Source of the DNA: a bacterium
GTDB taxonomy: Bacteria; DUMJ01
Assembly (NCBI GenBank): GCA_049970495.1
Contig: JBMFMV010000002.1
Coordinates: forward strand, 2,485-66,484
DNA: 64,000 bases
Direction: 5' to 3'
Shown: in pieces, positions 31,640 to 44,709 of the stretch
Layout: each line of letters starts with the position of its first letter
Position numbering within the stretch: the first letter of the stretch is position 1
The notes under the pieces: model-generated
What the model saw: the letters and a program-made list of their open reading frames with translations, nothing else
Databases searched by the model: none
What the model was told of the DNA's origin: nothing
Made by a program: the position numbers and the translations under genes

Positions 31640-32662
31640 GTGGAAGGTAAAGTAAGGGTTGCACTGATTGGCTGTGGAAGAGTAGCGGGGGTCCATGCAC
31701 AGGCATTAAAGAGGTTGCAAGAGACAGAATTAAAAGCCGTAGTAGATATAGTGGAAGAAAAAGCAAGATTTTTTAGCGAGACTTACGAAGTAAAAGACTG
31801 GTATACTGATTATCACAAGGTACTAGAGAGAGATGATATAGACGCAGTAGAGATCTGTCTTCCTCACTATCTACATGCCGAGGTAGCCATAAAGGCTATG
31901 AGGTCTGGTAAGCATGTACTTACTGAAAAACCTATGGCAATAACACTAGAGGATGCAGATAAAATGATAGCTACTGCTGATGAATGCAAAGTAAAACTTG
32001 GTGTAATCTTTCAGAATAGATATAATGATGCATCTATCGCGGTAAAAAAAGCCATAACATCTGGACAATTAGGAGAGATAAAAGGAGCAAGGATGATGCT
32101 TACATGGCATCGTCCTGACAGCTATTATAGAGAGAGTGATTGGAAGGGGACATGGGACAAAGAAGGAGGAGGAGTCCTTATAGATCAGGCTATTCATACT
32201 ATAGACCTTATGCAGTGGCTTATAGGAACAGAAATAGACTATATAAGAGCCACTTATGACACAAGAGCTCATAGTTATATAGATGTAGATGATGTAGCGG
32301 AGGCTTATATAAAATTTAAACCAGATATAGTAGGATGTGTCTATGCAAATTGCTTCTATCCCTATGATGCTCCTGTGTTCTTAGAGATATATGGAACTAA
32401 GGGTATCGCTCATATTATTGGAGACAAGGCAACTATTTATCTAGGCAATACAACAATACAGGTAGAACAATCTAGTAATCCAGGAAGTGGACTTAGGTAT
32501 TGGGGTTCAAGCCATGAAAGACAGATAAAAGACTTCTATAAGGATGTGCTATTAGGGAGAACCCCCTTTATAGATGGAAGAGCGGGTAGAGTTGCTCTGG
32601 CTATGGTTTTGGCTATGTACGAATCTAGTAGAACTGGTAAACCAGTAAAATTTCCTTACTGA
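31640..32662 (+). CDS. Gfo/Idh/MocA family oxidoreductase.
   Basis: 340 aa. The N-terminal Rossmann fold reads VRVALIGCGRVAG. EKP is present, followed by the C-terminal alpha/beta domain. Confidence 0.85.
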   Translation: MEGKVRVALIGCGRVAGVHAQALKRLQETELKAVVDIVEEKARFFSETYEVKDWYTDYHKVLERDDIDAVEICLPHYLHAEVAIKAMRSGKHVLTEKPMAITLEDADKMIATADECKVKLGVIFQNRYNDASIAVKKAITSGQLGEIKGARMMLTWHRPDSYYRESDWKGTWDKEGGGVLIDQAIHTIDLMQWLIGTEIDYIRATYDTRAHSYIDVDDVAEAYIKFKPDIVGCVYANCFYPYDAPVFLEIYGTKGIAHIIGDKATIYLGNTTIQVEQSSNPGSGLRYWGSSHERQIKDFYKDVLLGRTPFIDGRAGRVALAMVLAMYESSRTGKPVKFPY

Positions 32663-32663
32663 G

Positions 32664-33119
32664 ATGAGCCCTTATCTAACTACTTTCTTTTTGGCAATGA
32701 CACCAGTGGGAGAACTTAGGGCGTCTCTCCCACTGGCTTTATTAGTGTATAAGATGCCAATAGGAGTAGCGTTTCTTGTCTCCTATATCGGTAATATAAT
32801 CCCTCCAATACTCATTATCCTCCTCTTAGGAAAGATTTCTGAGCTTATAAGTAAGAAATTTACTTTTGCAAAGCACTTTTTTGACTGGGTCTTTAAGTAT
32901 ACACGCTCCAAGAGTAACCTAATAGAAAGATATGGGACTTTAGGATTAATAGTTTTTATTGCTATACCTCTTCCCCTGACTGGAGCATGGACAGGTTCGA
33001 TTGCCTCATTCTTATTGGGCATGAACCCCATTAAGTCAATTCTTTCTGTATTGGTGGGGGTATTTATTGCTGGAGTTATTGTAACTTTAAGTACTCTAGG
33101 GATGTTATCACTATTTTAG
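32664..33119 (+). CDS. Small membrane protein, COG2426/PF06695-like (putative small multidrug export protein).
   Basis: 151 aa with four predicted TM segments and an N-terminal GELRASLPLAL-type motif. It is translationally coupled to the upstream gene with a 1-nt gap. Confidence 0.45.
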   Translation: MSPYLTTFFLAMTPVGELRASLPLALLVYKMPIGVAFLVSYIGNIIPPILIILLLGKISELISKKFTFAKHFFDWVFKYTRSKSNLIERYGTLGLIVFIAIPLPLTGAWTGSIASFLLGMNPIKSILSVLVGVFIAGVIVTLSTLGMLSLF

Positions 33120-33128
33120 AGGGTTAAG

Positions 33129-33953
33129 GTGGGACTCTGTTTAGGTGCACATCTATTTACATCTAAGGGGATTTCTAAAACCATAGAAGAAGTTTATAGA
33201 TTAGAACTCTGTACATTCCAAATATTCTCAAGGAATCCTAGAAGTCTAAGAGATACAAAAAGATTGGAGAAGATAGAGATACCCTTTAAGATGTTTTTCT
33301 TACACGGTCCATACCTCCTAAATCTAGCCAGCCCTGAAGAAAGTATATATGATAGCTCCAAACAAGCTTTACTAGAGGACCTCTTATGGGGAGACTCAAT
33401 AGGAGCTATTGGAATAGTAGTACATCCTGGTAGTCATAGAGGAAGTGGTAGGGAAACAGGACTTTATAGAATTTTATACACCCTAGAAGAGATTATAAGT
33501 AGGACTAATACTAAGTGTAAGATCATAATAGAAAATACATCTGGTTCGGGGACAGAATTAGGTTCTATCCCAGAAGATTTTGAGCTTATAATAGACGGAT
33601 TACAGGATAAGACAAGGATTGGAATCTGCCTAGATACCTGTCATCTCTTCTCGGCAGGGTTTGATATAAGGACGAAAGAAGCTATAGAAGAAACATTTGA
33701 CAAGTGGTTTTCATTTATAGACCCCTCTTATATTATGCTATTTCATACAAATGACTCCAAAGGCTTATTGGGATCTCATCTAGATAGACATGCACACATA
33801 GGGGAAGGAGAGATAGGGGAAGAGGGATTTAAGAATCTATTATCCTTTGAGATATTTAGAAGTAAGCCCCTAATAATAGAAACGCCAAAAGAACCTGCCG
33901 GGTCCGATGAGAAAAATCTCAAGAAGCTAAGAGACTTAGCAGGAACTTGTTAA
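33129..33953 (+). CDS. nfo: Endonuclease IV (AP endonuclease family 2).
   Basis: 274 aa with a GTG start. Motifs are HGPYLLNLASP, VVHPGSH, ENTSGSG and LDTCHLFSAG. This is the TIM-barrel Nfo pattern. Confidence 0.8.
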   Translation: MGLCLGAHLFTSKGISKTIEEVYRLELCTFQIFSRNPRSLRDTKRLEKIEIPFKMFFLHGPYLLNLASPEESIYDSSKQALLEDLLWGDSIGAIGIVVHPGSHRGSGRETGLYRILYTLEEIISRTNTKCKIIIENTSGSGTELGSIPEDFELIIDGLQDKTRIGICLDTCHLFSAGFDIRTKEAIEETFDKWFSFIDPSYIMLFHTNDSKGLLGSHLDRHAHIGEGEIGEEGFKNLLSFEIFRSKPLIIETPKEPAGSDEKNLKKLRDLAGTC

Positions 33954-33981
33954 TGGATAGATTAAGATGAGCTATACATGA

Positions 33982-34101
33982 GATGAGAAAATATCTGATG
34001 GACTGTACATTATAGATCTACAGAGAAGGATTCTTTATTGGAATGAATCAGCCAAAAAGATAATAGGATACTCAAAGCTAGAGGTATACCTTCAATTATA
34101 A
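33982..34101 (+). pseudogene. Remnant of a PAS-domain sensor gene (fragment with no start codon).
   Basis: The in-frame translation DEKISDGLYIIDLQRRILYWNESAKKIIGYSKLEVYLQL* matches the start of a PAS fold (sDGiivlDldgrIlywNpaaekllGYs). A TGA lies immediately upstream and there is no initiation codon. Confidence 0.35.
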
Positions 34102-34112
34102 GGATCGCCCTC

Positions 34113-34141
34113 TTGACATGAATCATTTGAGTATATATAAT
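34113..34141 (+). promoter_or_regulatory. Consensus sigma70 promoter of the arsR-family operon.
   Basis: TTGACA (34113-34118), a 17-nt spacer, then TATAAT (34136-34141). The predicted TSS is about 34148, which coincides with an in-frame ATG at 34148-34150. The transcript may therefore be leaderless. Confidence 0.55.
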
Positions 34142-34477
34142 TTGTTTATGCGAAAATTTGAATATAATAATAAATTGTTAGATTTAATATGGAAAAGTTT
34201 TGGAGCCTTGGCCAATCCTGTAAGGCTCCGCATACTCTTAGCATTAAAAGAGGAACCTATGTGTGTATGCGAACTTGCAGAATATCTCAATGAAAGGCAG
34301 CCTCTTATTTCTCAGCATTTAGCTATACTTAAGGATAGTGGATTAGTCGAGGCTAAGAGGATGGGTAATAGGATTCAATACAATATTAGCGATGAGAGAA
34401 TCATAGATGTTATATCGCTTATAGGAGAAATCACAATCAAAAGAGTAAAAGAATTAGTAGAGATACAGGAGGGATGA
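34118..34477 (+). CDS. ArsR/SmtB-family transcriptional regulator. The likely true start is ATG 34148, which gives 109 aa.
   Basis: The winged-HTH segment LANPVRLRILLALKEEPMCVCELAEYLNERQPLISQHLAILKDSGLV is present, including a metal-site-like CVC. The ORF-track start (34118) lies inside the -35 element, so the downstream in-frame ATG at 34148 is the more plausible start. Confidence 0.75.
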   Translation: MNHLSIYNLFMRKFEYNNKLLDLIWKSFGALANPVRLRILLALKEEPMCVCELAEYLNERQPLISQHLAILKDSGLVEAKRMGNRIQYNISDERIIDVISLIGEITIKRVKELVEIQEG

Positions 34478-34480
34478 TTT

Positions 34481-34678
34481 ATGGCAAAGAACTGGTATCC
34501 AATCATAGACTATGATAAGTGCATAGGAGATTTTGTCTGTGCTAATTTCTGTCCACATGGGGTGTATGCAATTGATGGTAATAAGCCAATTGTAATAAAC
34601 CCCGATGAATGTGTAGAATTTTGTAGGGGATGCCAAAAGATATGCCCAGCAGATGCAATATCATATTTTGGGAGATAA
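34481..34678 (+). CDS. Small 4Fe-4S ferredoxin-like protein with atypical Cys spacing.
   Basis: 65 aa. The two Cys clusters are CIGDFVCANFCP (C-x5-C-x3-CP) and CVEFCRGCQKICP (C-x3-C-x2-C-x3-CP). It starts 3 nt after the arsR stop, with GGAGGG 8 nt upstream. Confidence 0.5.
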   Translation: MAKNWYPIIDYDKCIGDFVCANFCPHGVYAIDGNKPIVINPDECVEFCRGCQKICPADAISYFGR

Positions 34679-34691
34679 GGAGGGAAAGTAA

Positions 34692-35041
34692 ATGGCAAAG
34701 AAAGGTGTAATTCTATGTGTATGTCAAGGTACCTGTCCATCTTTTCAACAGATGAATATCTTTGAGGTATTAAATACGTTAAGACATGAGAGACTTGTAG
34801 ACTTTGTTGCTATCCATCCTCAGCTCTGTGCAGATGATGGAGACGCATTCTTTAACGTATTTCTCTCAGGAACAAATAATGAAGTAGAAAAATTGGTGGT
34901 AGCTGGATGTGATCCCAATATGCAGAAAAAGATGTTTAGAGATGCCTTTGAATCTACAGGATTCGATAAGGCTAAGCATGTTGGGGTTGACATTCGTAAT
35001 ATGACCACAGAACAGGCTATAGAGGCGATAAAGAACGTCTT

Positions 35042-35045
<4 letters not shown>
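34692..35045 (+). CDS. MvhD/FlpD-like (hydrogenase delta-subunit-like) Cys protein.
   Basis: 117 aa. VILCVCQGTCP aligns with the MvhD IVAFCCNWC segment. VVAGCDPN aligns with VLVSGCHxGDC, though the second Cys of that motif is missing. The C-terminal half is colinear with MvhD. This is an assignment by eye only. Confidence 0.35.
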
Positions 35046-39890
<4,845 letters not shown>

Positions 39891-39894
<4 letters not shown>

Positions 39895-40361
39895 TTTAGT
39901 TCCTCCTTCAATACGTTATATAGCTTTATCAGCGACTCTCTTATCTCCTCCCTTTCTTTTTCATCTAATAGGCTAAGGGCTTTATTCAAGACTTCAAGCT
40001 TTTCTTCCTTAATGTTCTCTAGTAAAGAGGCGCCTTCCTCTGTTACCTCTAAGATTATTACTCTCCTATCTTCTCTGCTTCTAACTCTCCTTACAAGATT
40101 ATTACTCTCAAGCCTATCAACAAGGTCTGTTACAGTACTTGAGGAAAGATATAACAAGTCACACAAATCACCCATTGTAGGATGCTCATCTCTTATTATC
40201 TTTAGGGCTCTATACTGAAGAGGAGTAATATCATATTTCTCCATTAGTCTTCTATTTTTGCTCCTTATCAAAGCCAATATATCATTTAATAGAATCTCAA
40301 TTTCTTCGTTCATCGTAAATTTCGTCTCTCGAATATTTTGGATTAAGAAGATTTTACACAA
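39891..40361 (-). CDS. MarR-family transcriptional regulator.
   Basis: 156 aa. The winged HTH reads ITPLQYRALKII...MGDLCDLLYLSSSTVTDLVDRLESNNLVRRVRSREDRRVIILEVTEEG. It overlaps the MATE gene start by 4 nt, so the two form an operon. Confidence 0.8.
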
Positions 40362-40393
40362 AAATTAAGCTAATGTAAAGATATAAGGGTTTA

Positions 40394-41452
40394 CTATTTT
40401 GAGAGTTGGCACATAGAAGCTACTATAACATTATGTAACCTTGGACGAAATTCAATTATTCTCTCTGTACTTTCATCTAGGGATCCAACCTTTCTAGATA
40501 GATGAGTTCTATTAGAGAGAAAGACCACTATAAGTTTTTTTATTGGGTCTATCCAAAGACTTGTCCCTGTATAGCCAGTATGCCCAAAAGATTTTTCGCT
40601 AAACAAGTCTCCACAAGAAGAATTTATACTTTTTATCACCCATCCTAATCCTCTTCTCTCTTCCCCAAAAGAGATATGTTCCTTTGTGAAAAGCTCTATA
40701 GTGAAAGGAGAAAATATACAGTATTCAGGATTTATATATGATCTAGCATATTTATATAAATCTTGAGCGGTAGAAAATAGACCAGCATTACCACTAACTC
40801 CGCCTTGATAATAGGATAGTTCATCATCAGGTTCCCCCCTAAGGATTTTACCATCTCTTTTACAAGTAGGAGCTACCCTTGAGATGTCTTTTGGAAGAAA
40901 GTCTGTATCTTTCATTCCCAAAGGGATAAATATATGTTCTTTTACAAACTTATCCAGAGAGCTCTGAGTAACCTTCTCTACGATATACCCTAAGAATATA
41001 AAATTAAGACAAGAATAGACGGTATTAGTCCCTGTTTGATAGGAGAGTTCTGTCTTTAAAAGCTCCTCTTTTAACTCAGATGGACTATTAGTGTATCTCC
41101 ACGCATTAGAATAAGGGGGAAGCCCTGAGGTATGAGTTAAGAGATGGAAGATTCTAACTTCTTGTTTTGGCCCAACAGAAAACTCCGGTAAGAATCTCTT
41201 AACAGGGTCCCATAATCTTATCTCACCTAGCTCCAAGAGTCTCATAATAGCTGGAGTAGTTGCTATTACCTTAGTAAGACTAGCTAAGTCGTATATAGTA
41301 TCTATAGTATTTATCTCTTTTTCAGGATAAACTGTCCTATAACCATAAGCCTTTTCTAAAAGGACCTCTTTATCTGTCCCTACCAGTAAAACACTACCAG
41401 GAAAAGTGCCATAATCCACATATCTCGATATAAGATTATCTGTACTTTCCAT
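40394..41452 (-). CDS. Serine hydrolase of the beta-lactamase/esterase (class C-like) family.
   Basis: 352 aa. The SxxK motif (ASLTK) is present, and the YxN-like region YSNAW, in a beta-lactamase fold. There is no signal peptide, so it is probably a cytoplasmic esterase or amidase. Confidence 0.75.
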   Translation of the reverse strand: MESTDNLISRYVDYGTFPGSVLLVGTDKEVLLEKAYGYRTVYPEKEINTIDTIYDLASLTKVIATTPAIMRLLELGEIRLWDPVKRFLPEFSVGPKQEVRIFHLLTHTSGLPPYSNAWRYTNSPSELKEELLKTELSYQTGTNTVYSCLNFIFLGYIVEKVTQSSLDKFVKEHIFIPLGMKDTDFLPKDISRVAPTCKRDGKILRGEPDDELSYYQGGVSGNAGLFSTAQDLYKYARSYINPEYCIFSPFTIELFTKEHISFGEERRGLGWVIKSINSSCGDLFSEKSFGHTGYTGTSLWIDPIKKLIVVFLSNRTHLSRKVGSLDESTERIIEFRPRLHNVIVASMCQLSK

Positions 41453-41520
41453 ATCCCCTCCAAAAACTTTTTGGGTTTTAATATTATTATACCCATTAAA
41501 AGAAGAAAAATATTATCAAC

Positions 41521-41548
41521 TTGACAAAATTATTCTAGCCGTTATACT
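41521..41548 (+). promoter_or_regulatory. Near-consensus sigma70 promoter upstream of the radical-SAM gene.
   Basis: TTGACA (41521-41526), a 16-nt spacer, then TATACT (41543-41548). AGGGGG follows at 41576-41581. Confidence 0.5.
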
Positions 41549-41598
41549 TTTTACTATTAGTTAAAAATCAATATTAGGGGGTATCTATAATAGCAGAA

Positions 41599-42711
41599 GT
41601 GTTTGGAATAGGATTTTGGATTATTTTTGCTATCTTAAGATGGAGTTTCAAAAAGCCTAGAAGAATCATCTTTTTCCCGAGGATCATCTCTCGATTTGTT
41701 ATTGCTAATGTCAGAAGGAGCAGATTATCAAAGCACATTGAAGGACAAATTCCAGGAGTTTTAGCTATAAGTCCAACTATGAATTGTAACTACAATTGCA
41801 TTGGCTGTTATTCTAGAGACAGACTTACAGATGAGGAGCTCTCTACTGAGGAACTTGATAAACTCTTTACTGAAGCAGAACATCTGGGTATCTCCTCTGT
41901 TGTAGTTACTGGAGGAGAACCATTCTTAAGAAGAGACCTTATAGGACTTATGGAGAAGCATAAAACTCTATTATTTGTAGTTATTACAAATGGTTCTTTC
42001 TTTTCTCCTATGCTTGTAAGAAGAATTGCTGATAGTGGAAATATAATAGTCCTAATAAGCATAGAAGGATTTGAAGAAGACACTGACAAGAGAAGAAAAG
42101 ACGGGGCATATAATACTGCTGTTAAAGCTATGAGATTAATGAGCACTAAAGATGTACTATATGGTTTTGCAGCTACTAATACTTGTAGAAACTTTGGTAC
42201 ACTCTCCTCTGATGAATTTATTGATAAAATGATCTCGTTGGGTTGTACTTTAGGGTTTTTCACCGAATATGTTCCATGTGGAAATAATCCAAGATATGAT
42301 TGGTTAATGAGTCAATCCCAGAGAGAAGAATTAAGAAGAACTGTTATAAAGCTTCGTAAGACTAAGCCAATAGTCATTATACAGTTTCCTCACGATGAAT
42401 ATGGGAAGGATAATATATGTTCAGCAGCAGGAAAGGCCTCTTTTCATATAAACTCAAAAGGTGATGTAGAACCCTGTCCCTTTTCTCCATATTCTTGTGA
42501 TAATGTGAGAAATGGCGGCTTAGAATTAGCCTGTAAATCTAAGTTCCTCAAAACTATAAGAGAACATCAGGAACTTTTAAGAAGAAAGGACTATGCCTGC
42601 GCCCTATTTGAACATAGAGAGGAGATAGAAAAGCTTTGTGAAAACTTGAAAGGGAAGAAAAAAATGATAAATTATAAAGGCCTATCAATAGCCTATGATG
42701 CAGAACATTGA
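41599..42711 (+). CDS. Radical SAM enzyme with a C-terminal SPASM/twitch-like Cys cluster. A possible N-terminal membrane anchor is present.
   Basis: 370 aa. The radical-SAM cluster CNYNCIGC (CxxxCxxC, in the SPASM-family style PTMNCNYNCIGCYS) is present. The glycine-rich SAM motif is VVVTGGEPF. The C-terminal Cys series is ICSAAGK...EPCPFSPYSCDNV...LACKS. Residues 1-60 are hydrophobic and basic (FGIGFWIIFAIL...). The GTG start lies 17 nt from the RBS, so the exact start is uncertain. Confidence 0.75.
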   Translation: MFGIGFWIIFAILRWSFKKPRRIIFFPRIISRFVIANVRRSRLSKHIEGQIPGVLAISPTMNCNYNCIGCYSRDRLTDEELSTEELDKLFTEAEHLGISSVVVTGGEPFLRRDLIGLMEKHKTLLFVVITNGSFFSPMLVRRIADSGNIIVLISIEGFEEDTDKRRKDGAYNTAVKAMRLMSTKDVLYGFAATNTCRNFGTLSSDEFIDKMISLGCTLGFFTEYVPCGNNPRYDWLMSQSQREELRRTVIKLRKTKPIVIIQFPHDEYGKDNICSAAGKASFHINSKGDVEPCPFSPYSCDNVRNGGLELACKSKFLKTIREHQELLRRKDYACALFEHREEIEKLCENLKGKKKMINYKGLSIAYDAEH

Positions 42712-42718
42712 CACACAC

Positions 42719-42747
42719 TTGACTTTGTAGTTGTACTATGTTATACT
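42719..42747 (+). promoter_or_regulatory. Candidate promoter with a long 5' UTR for the family-5 SBP operon.
   Basis: TTGACT - 17 nt - TATACT. A leader of about 150 nt follows and contains a short hairpin (ACCAC-TAGAAAG-GTGGT) before the SBP start at 42900. Confidence 0.4.
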
Positions 42748-42899
42748 CTTCGGTAAGATGGTAAGACCACTAGAAAGGTGGTGAGAGGGAAAAGTAAAAT
42801 CTTTAACTTAAAGAAGTACTAGTATTTAGTCTAGTTAACCTGCAATAAGGTATTCAGTATTTAAAATTAATCTTCTATTTTAAGAAATATGGGAGGTAT

Positions 42900-44627
42900 A
42901 TGGAGATGAAAATTTTAAGAGTTTTTCTAGCTATTAGTTTAGTGTTGTTAATCTCTATAATGTCTACACCAATAATGGCTCAAGAGTATCCTGTCCCTAG
43001 AAACCAGGCTTATGTCTATGAGACAGACACCAAGTATACTGTATTTGACAAGGCAAATACATTCGTTCCTAGAGGTACTCAATGGGGATCTGGTTGGCAC
43101 CAAGTTGCAAATGAGTGGGACTGGTATATAAATTACGCCACAGGAGAGACTATCTATTGGAGAATAACTGGTTGGAAGTACTCTAGAGACCGTCTAGAAC
43201 TGAGATGGTTTGTAAGAAAAGGAGTCACTTGGAACGATGGGACTCCTTATACTGCACACGACATTGTATTTACCATAGAGACTCTAATGAAAAATCCTGA
43301 TCTATTGGGGTCTGTTCATGTAACTAATGTCAAATCTGTAAGCGCAATAGATGATTATACTGTTAGCATAAAGTTTAAGAACCCAGAGTACAGATTCCAT
43401 CACAAATTGAGAATGTGGGGAGGTATTACAGTAGTAGCTAAGCATAAATGGGCAGGAAAAGACCCAAGGGATTATGCTAACTGGCCTCCAGTAGAGACAG
43501 GTCCATATAAGTTCCATAGTTATAATAAAGACCTAAACCTATTTATTTGGGAAAGAGATGAAAATTACTGGGCAAAGAAGGTATTTGGAGTTTCTCCAGG
43601 ACCTAAATACGTAGTCTGCAGGATGGCGCCACCTCCTGATATAGACCTTGCTGACTTTATAAGGGGTGGCGTAGATGCTCCTCTACCTCATATCTTTACA
43701 TGGGAGATGATTAAAGCTGCCCAGAGAAGGACTGAACATGTAGTACTTGCTCCCTATATGGACGCAGTATCTCAAGGGCTTACATATAACTGCGCTAAGT
43801 ATCCAACAAGTTTAAGGGACTTCAGATGGGCAATACAGTATCTTATAAATAGAGATCTATTAGCAAAGACATATCCTATGGCAGAGAAGTCTTATCCTAC
43901 AATGTGGCCATGGCCAGACTGGAAGGCTCTAGATAAGTGGGAATTTCCGGATATACAGAAAAAATACGGTGAAATGATGAAGTATGATCCTAAGAAGGCT
44001 GAAGCAATTCTCGATAGACTTGGATTCAAGAAAGGACCAGATGGTAAGAGAAGAACACCCAAGGGTGAACCCTTAAGTTTGGTACTACTTACAAGGCCTG
44101 CACCAGACTTAGGTTACGTCCATGCAAAACACCTATCAGATGAGTTAGCTAAAATAGGAATAGAGGGAATAATAAAATCTGTAGATCCAGGAATGTTTGG
44201 AGAACTTGTCAATACTGGGAACTATGATATCGCCTTTGATGTCTTAGACGTAGCAGTAGCATTTCCTAACGATATATATCCATTCCTCGATTCATACCAT
44301 AGTAGACATGTAAAACCGATCGGAGAATATCAGACTTCTGGAGACAGAATGAGATCTAAGTTACAGTCTAAGGACTTGGATAAGATTACAGATACCCTTG
44401 CCAATATGGATCCAGATAGCTCTAAGTATATGCTCTATGCCAAGAGAGGACTAGATATATGGTTTAGAGAGCTCCCATCTGTTCCAATCGTAGAAAAGAT
44501 GTTCGTTCAAGTATTTTCTGATCAATACTGGAAAGGTTGGCCTACCGAAGGAAATATGTATCATGTTCCTTATCAGTGGTGGCCCAGTTTTATCTTTATC
44601 CTATTTAAATTAAAGCCGGCTAGTTAG
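42900..44627 (+). CDS. ABC transporter substrate-binding protein, family 5 (oligopeptide/oligosaccharide).
   Basis: 575 aa with a signal peptide. It is SBP_bac_5-like and Trp-rich, which is common in sugar-binding members. Confidence 0.85.
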   Translation: MEMKILRVFLAISLVLLISIMSTPIMAQEYPVPRNQAYVYETDTKYTVFDKANTFVPRGTQWGSGWHQVANEWDWYINYATGETIYWRITGWKYSRDRLELRWFVRKGVTWNDGTPYTAHDIVFTIETLMKNPDLLGSVHVTNVKSVSAIDDYTVSIKFKNPEYRFHHKLRMWGGITVVAKHKWAGKDPRDYANWPPVETGPYKFHSYNKDLNLFIWERDENYWAKKVFGVSPGPKYVVCRMAPPPDIDLADFIRGGVDAPLPHIFTWEMIKAAQRRTEHVVLAPYMDAVSQGLTYNCAKYPTSLRDFRWAIQYLINRDLLAKTYPMAEKSYPTMWPWPDWKALDKWEFPDIQKKYGEMMKYDPKKAEAILDRLGFKKGPDGKRRTPKGEPLSLVLLTRPAPDLGYVHAKHLSDELAKIGIEGIIKSVDPGMFGELVNTGNYDIAFDVLDVAVAFPNDIYPFLDSYHSRHVKPIGEYQTSGDRMRSKLQSKDLDKITDTLANMDPDSSKYMLYAKRGLDIWFRELPSVPIVEKMFVQVFSDQYWKGWPTEGNMYHVPYQWWPSFIFILFKLKPAS

Positions 44628-44634
44628 TCTACTA

Positions 44635-44680
44635 AGAGCCACCTGGCTTTCTTAAACAAAAGCCAGGTGGCTCTATTTAA
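44635..44680 (+). terminator. Rho-independent terminator/attenuator after the SBP gene.
   Basis: A perfect 16-bp stem (AGAGCCACCTGGCTTT ... AAAGCCAGGTGGCTCT) encloses a 7-nt loop and is followed by ATTTAAAAT. High SBP-to-permease expression ratios are typical at such sites. Confidence 0.55.
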
Positions 44681-44709
44681 AATCTTATGGATTAGGAGAA
44701 GGATAAAAG

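Noticed and set aside
41808-42263. 151-aa minus-strand ORF inside the radical-SAM gene.
   Set aside because: It is a shadow ORF with Ser/Leu/Val-rich low-complexity translation. The radical-SAM frame carries all the family motifs.
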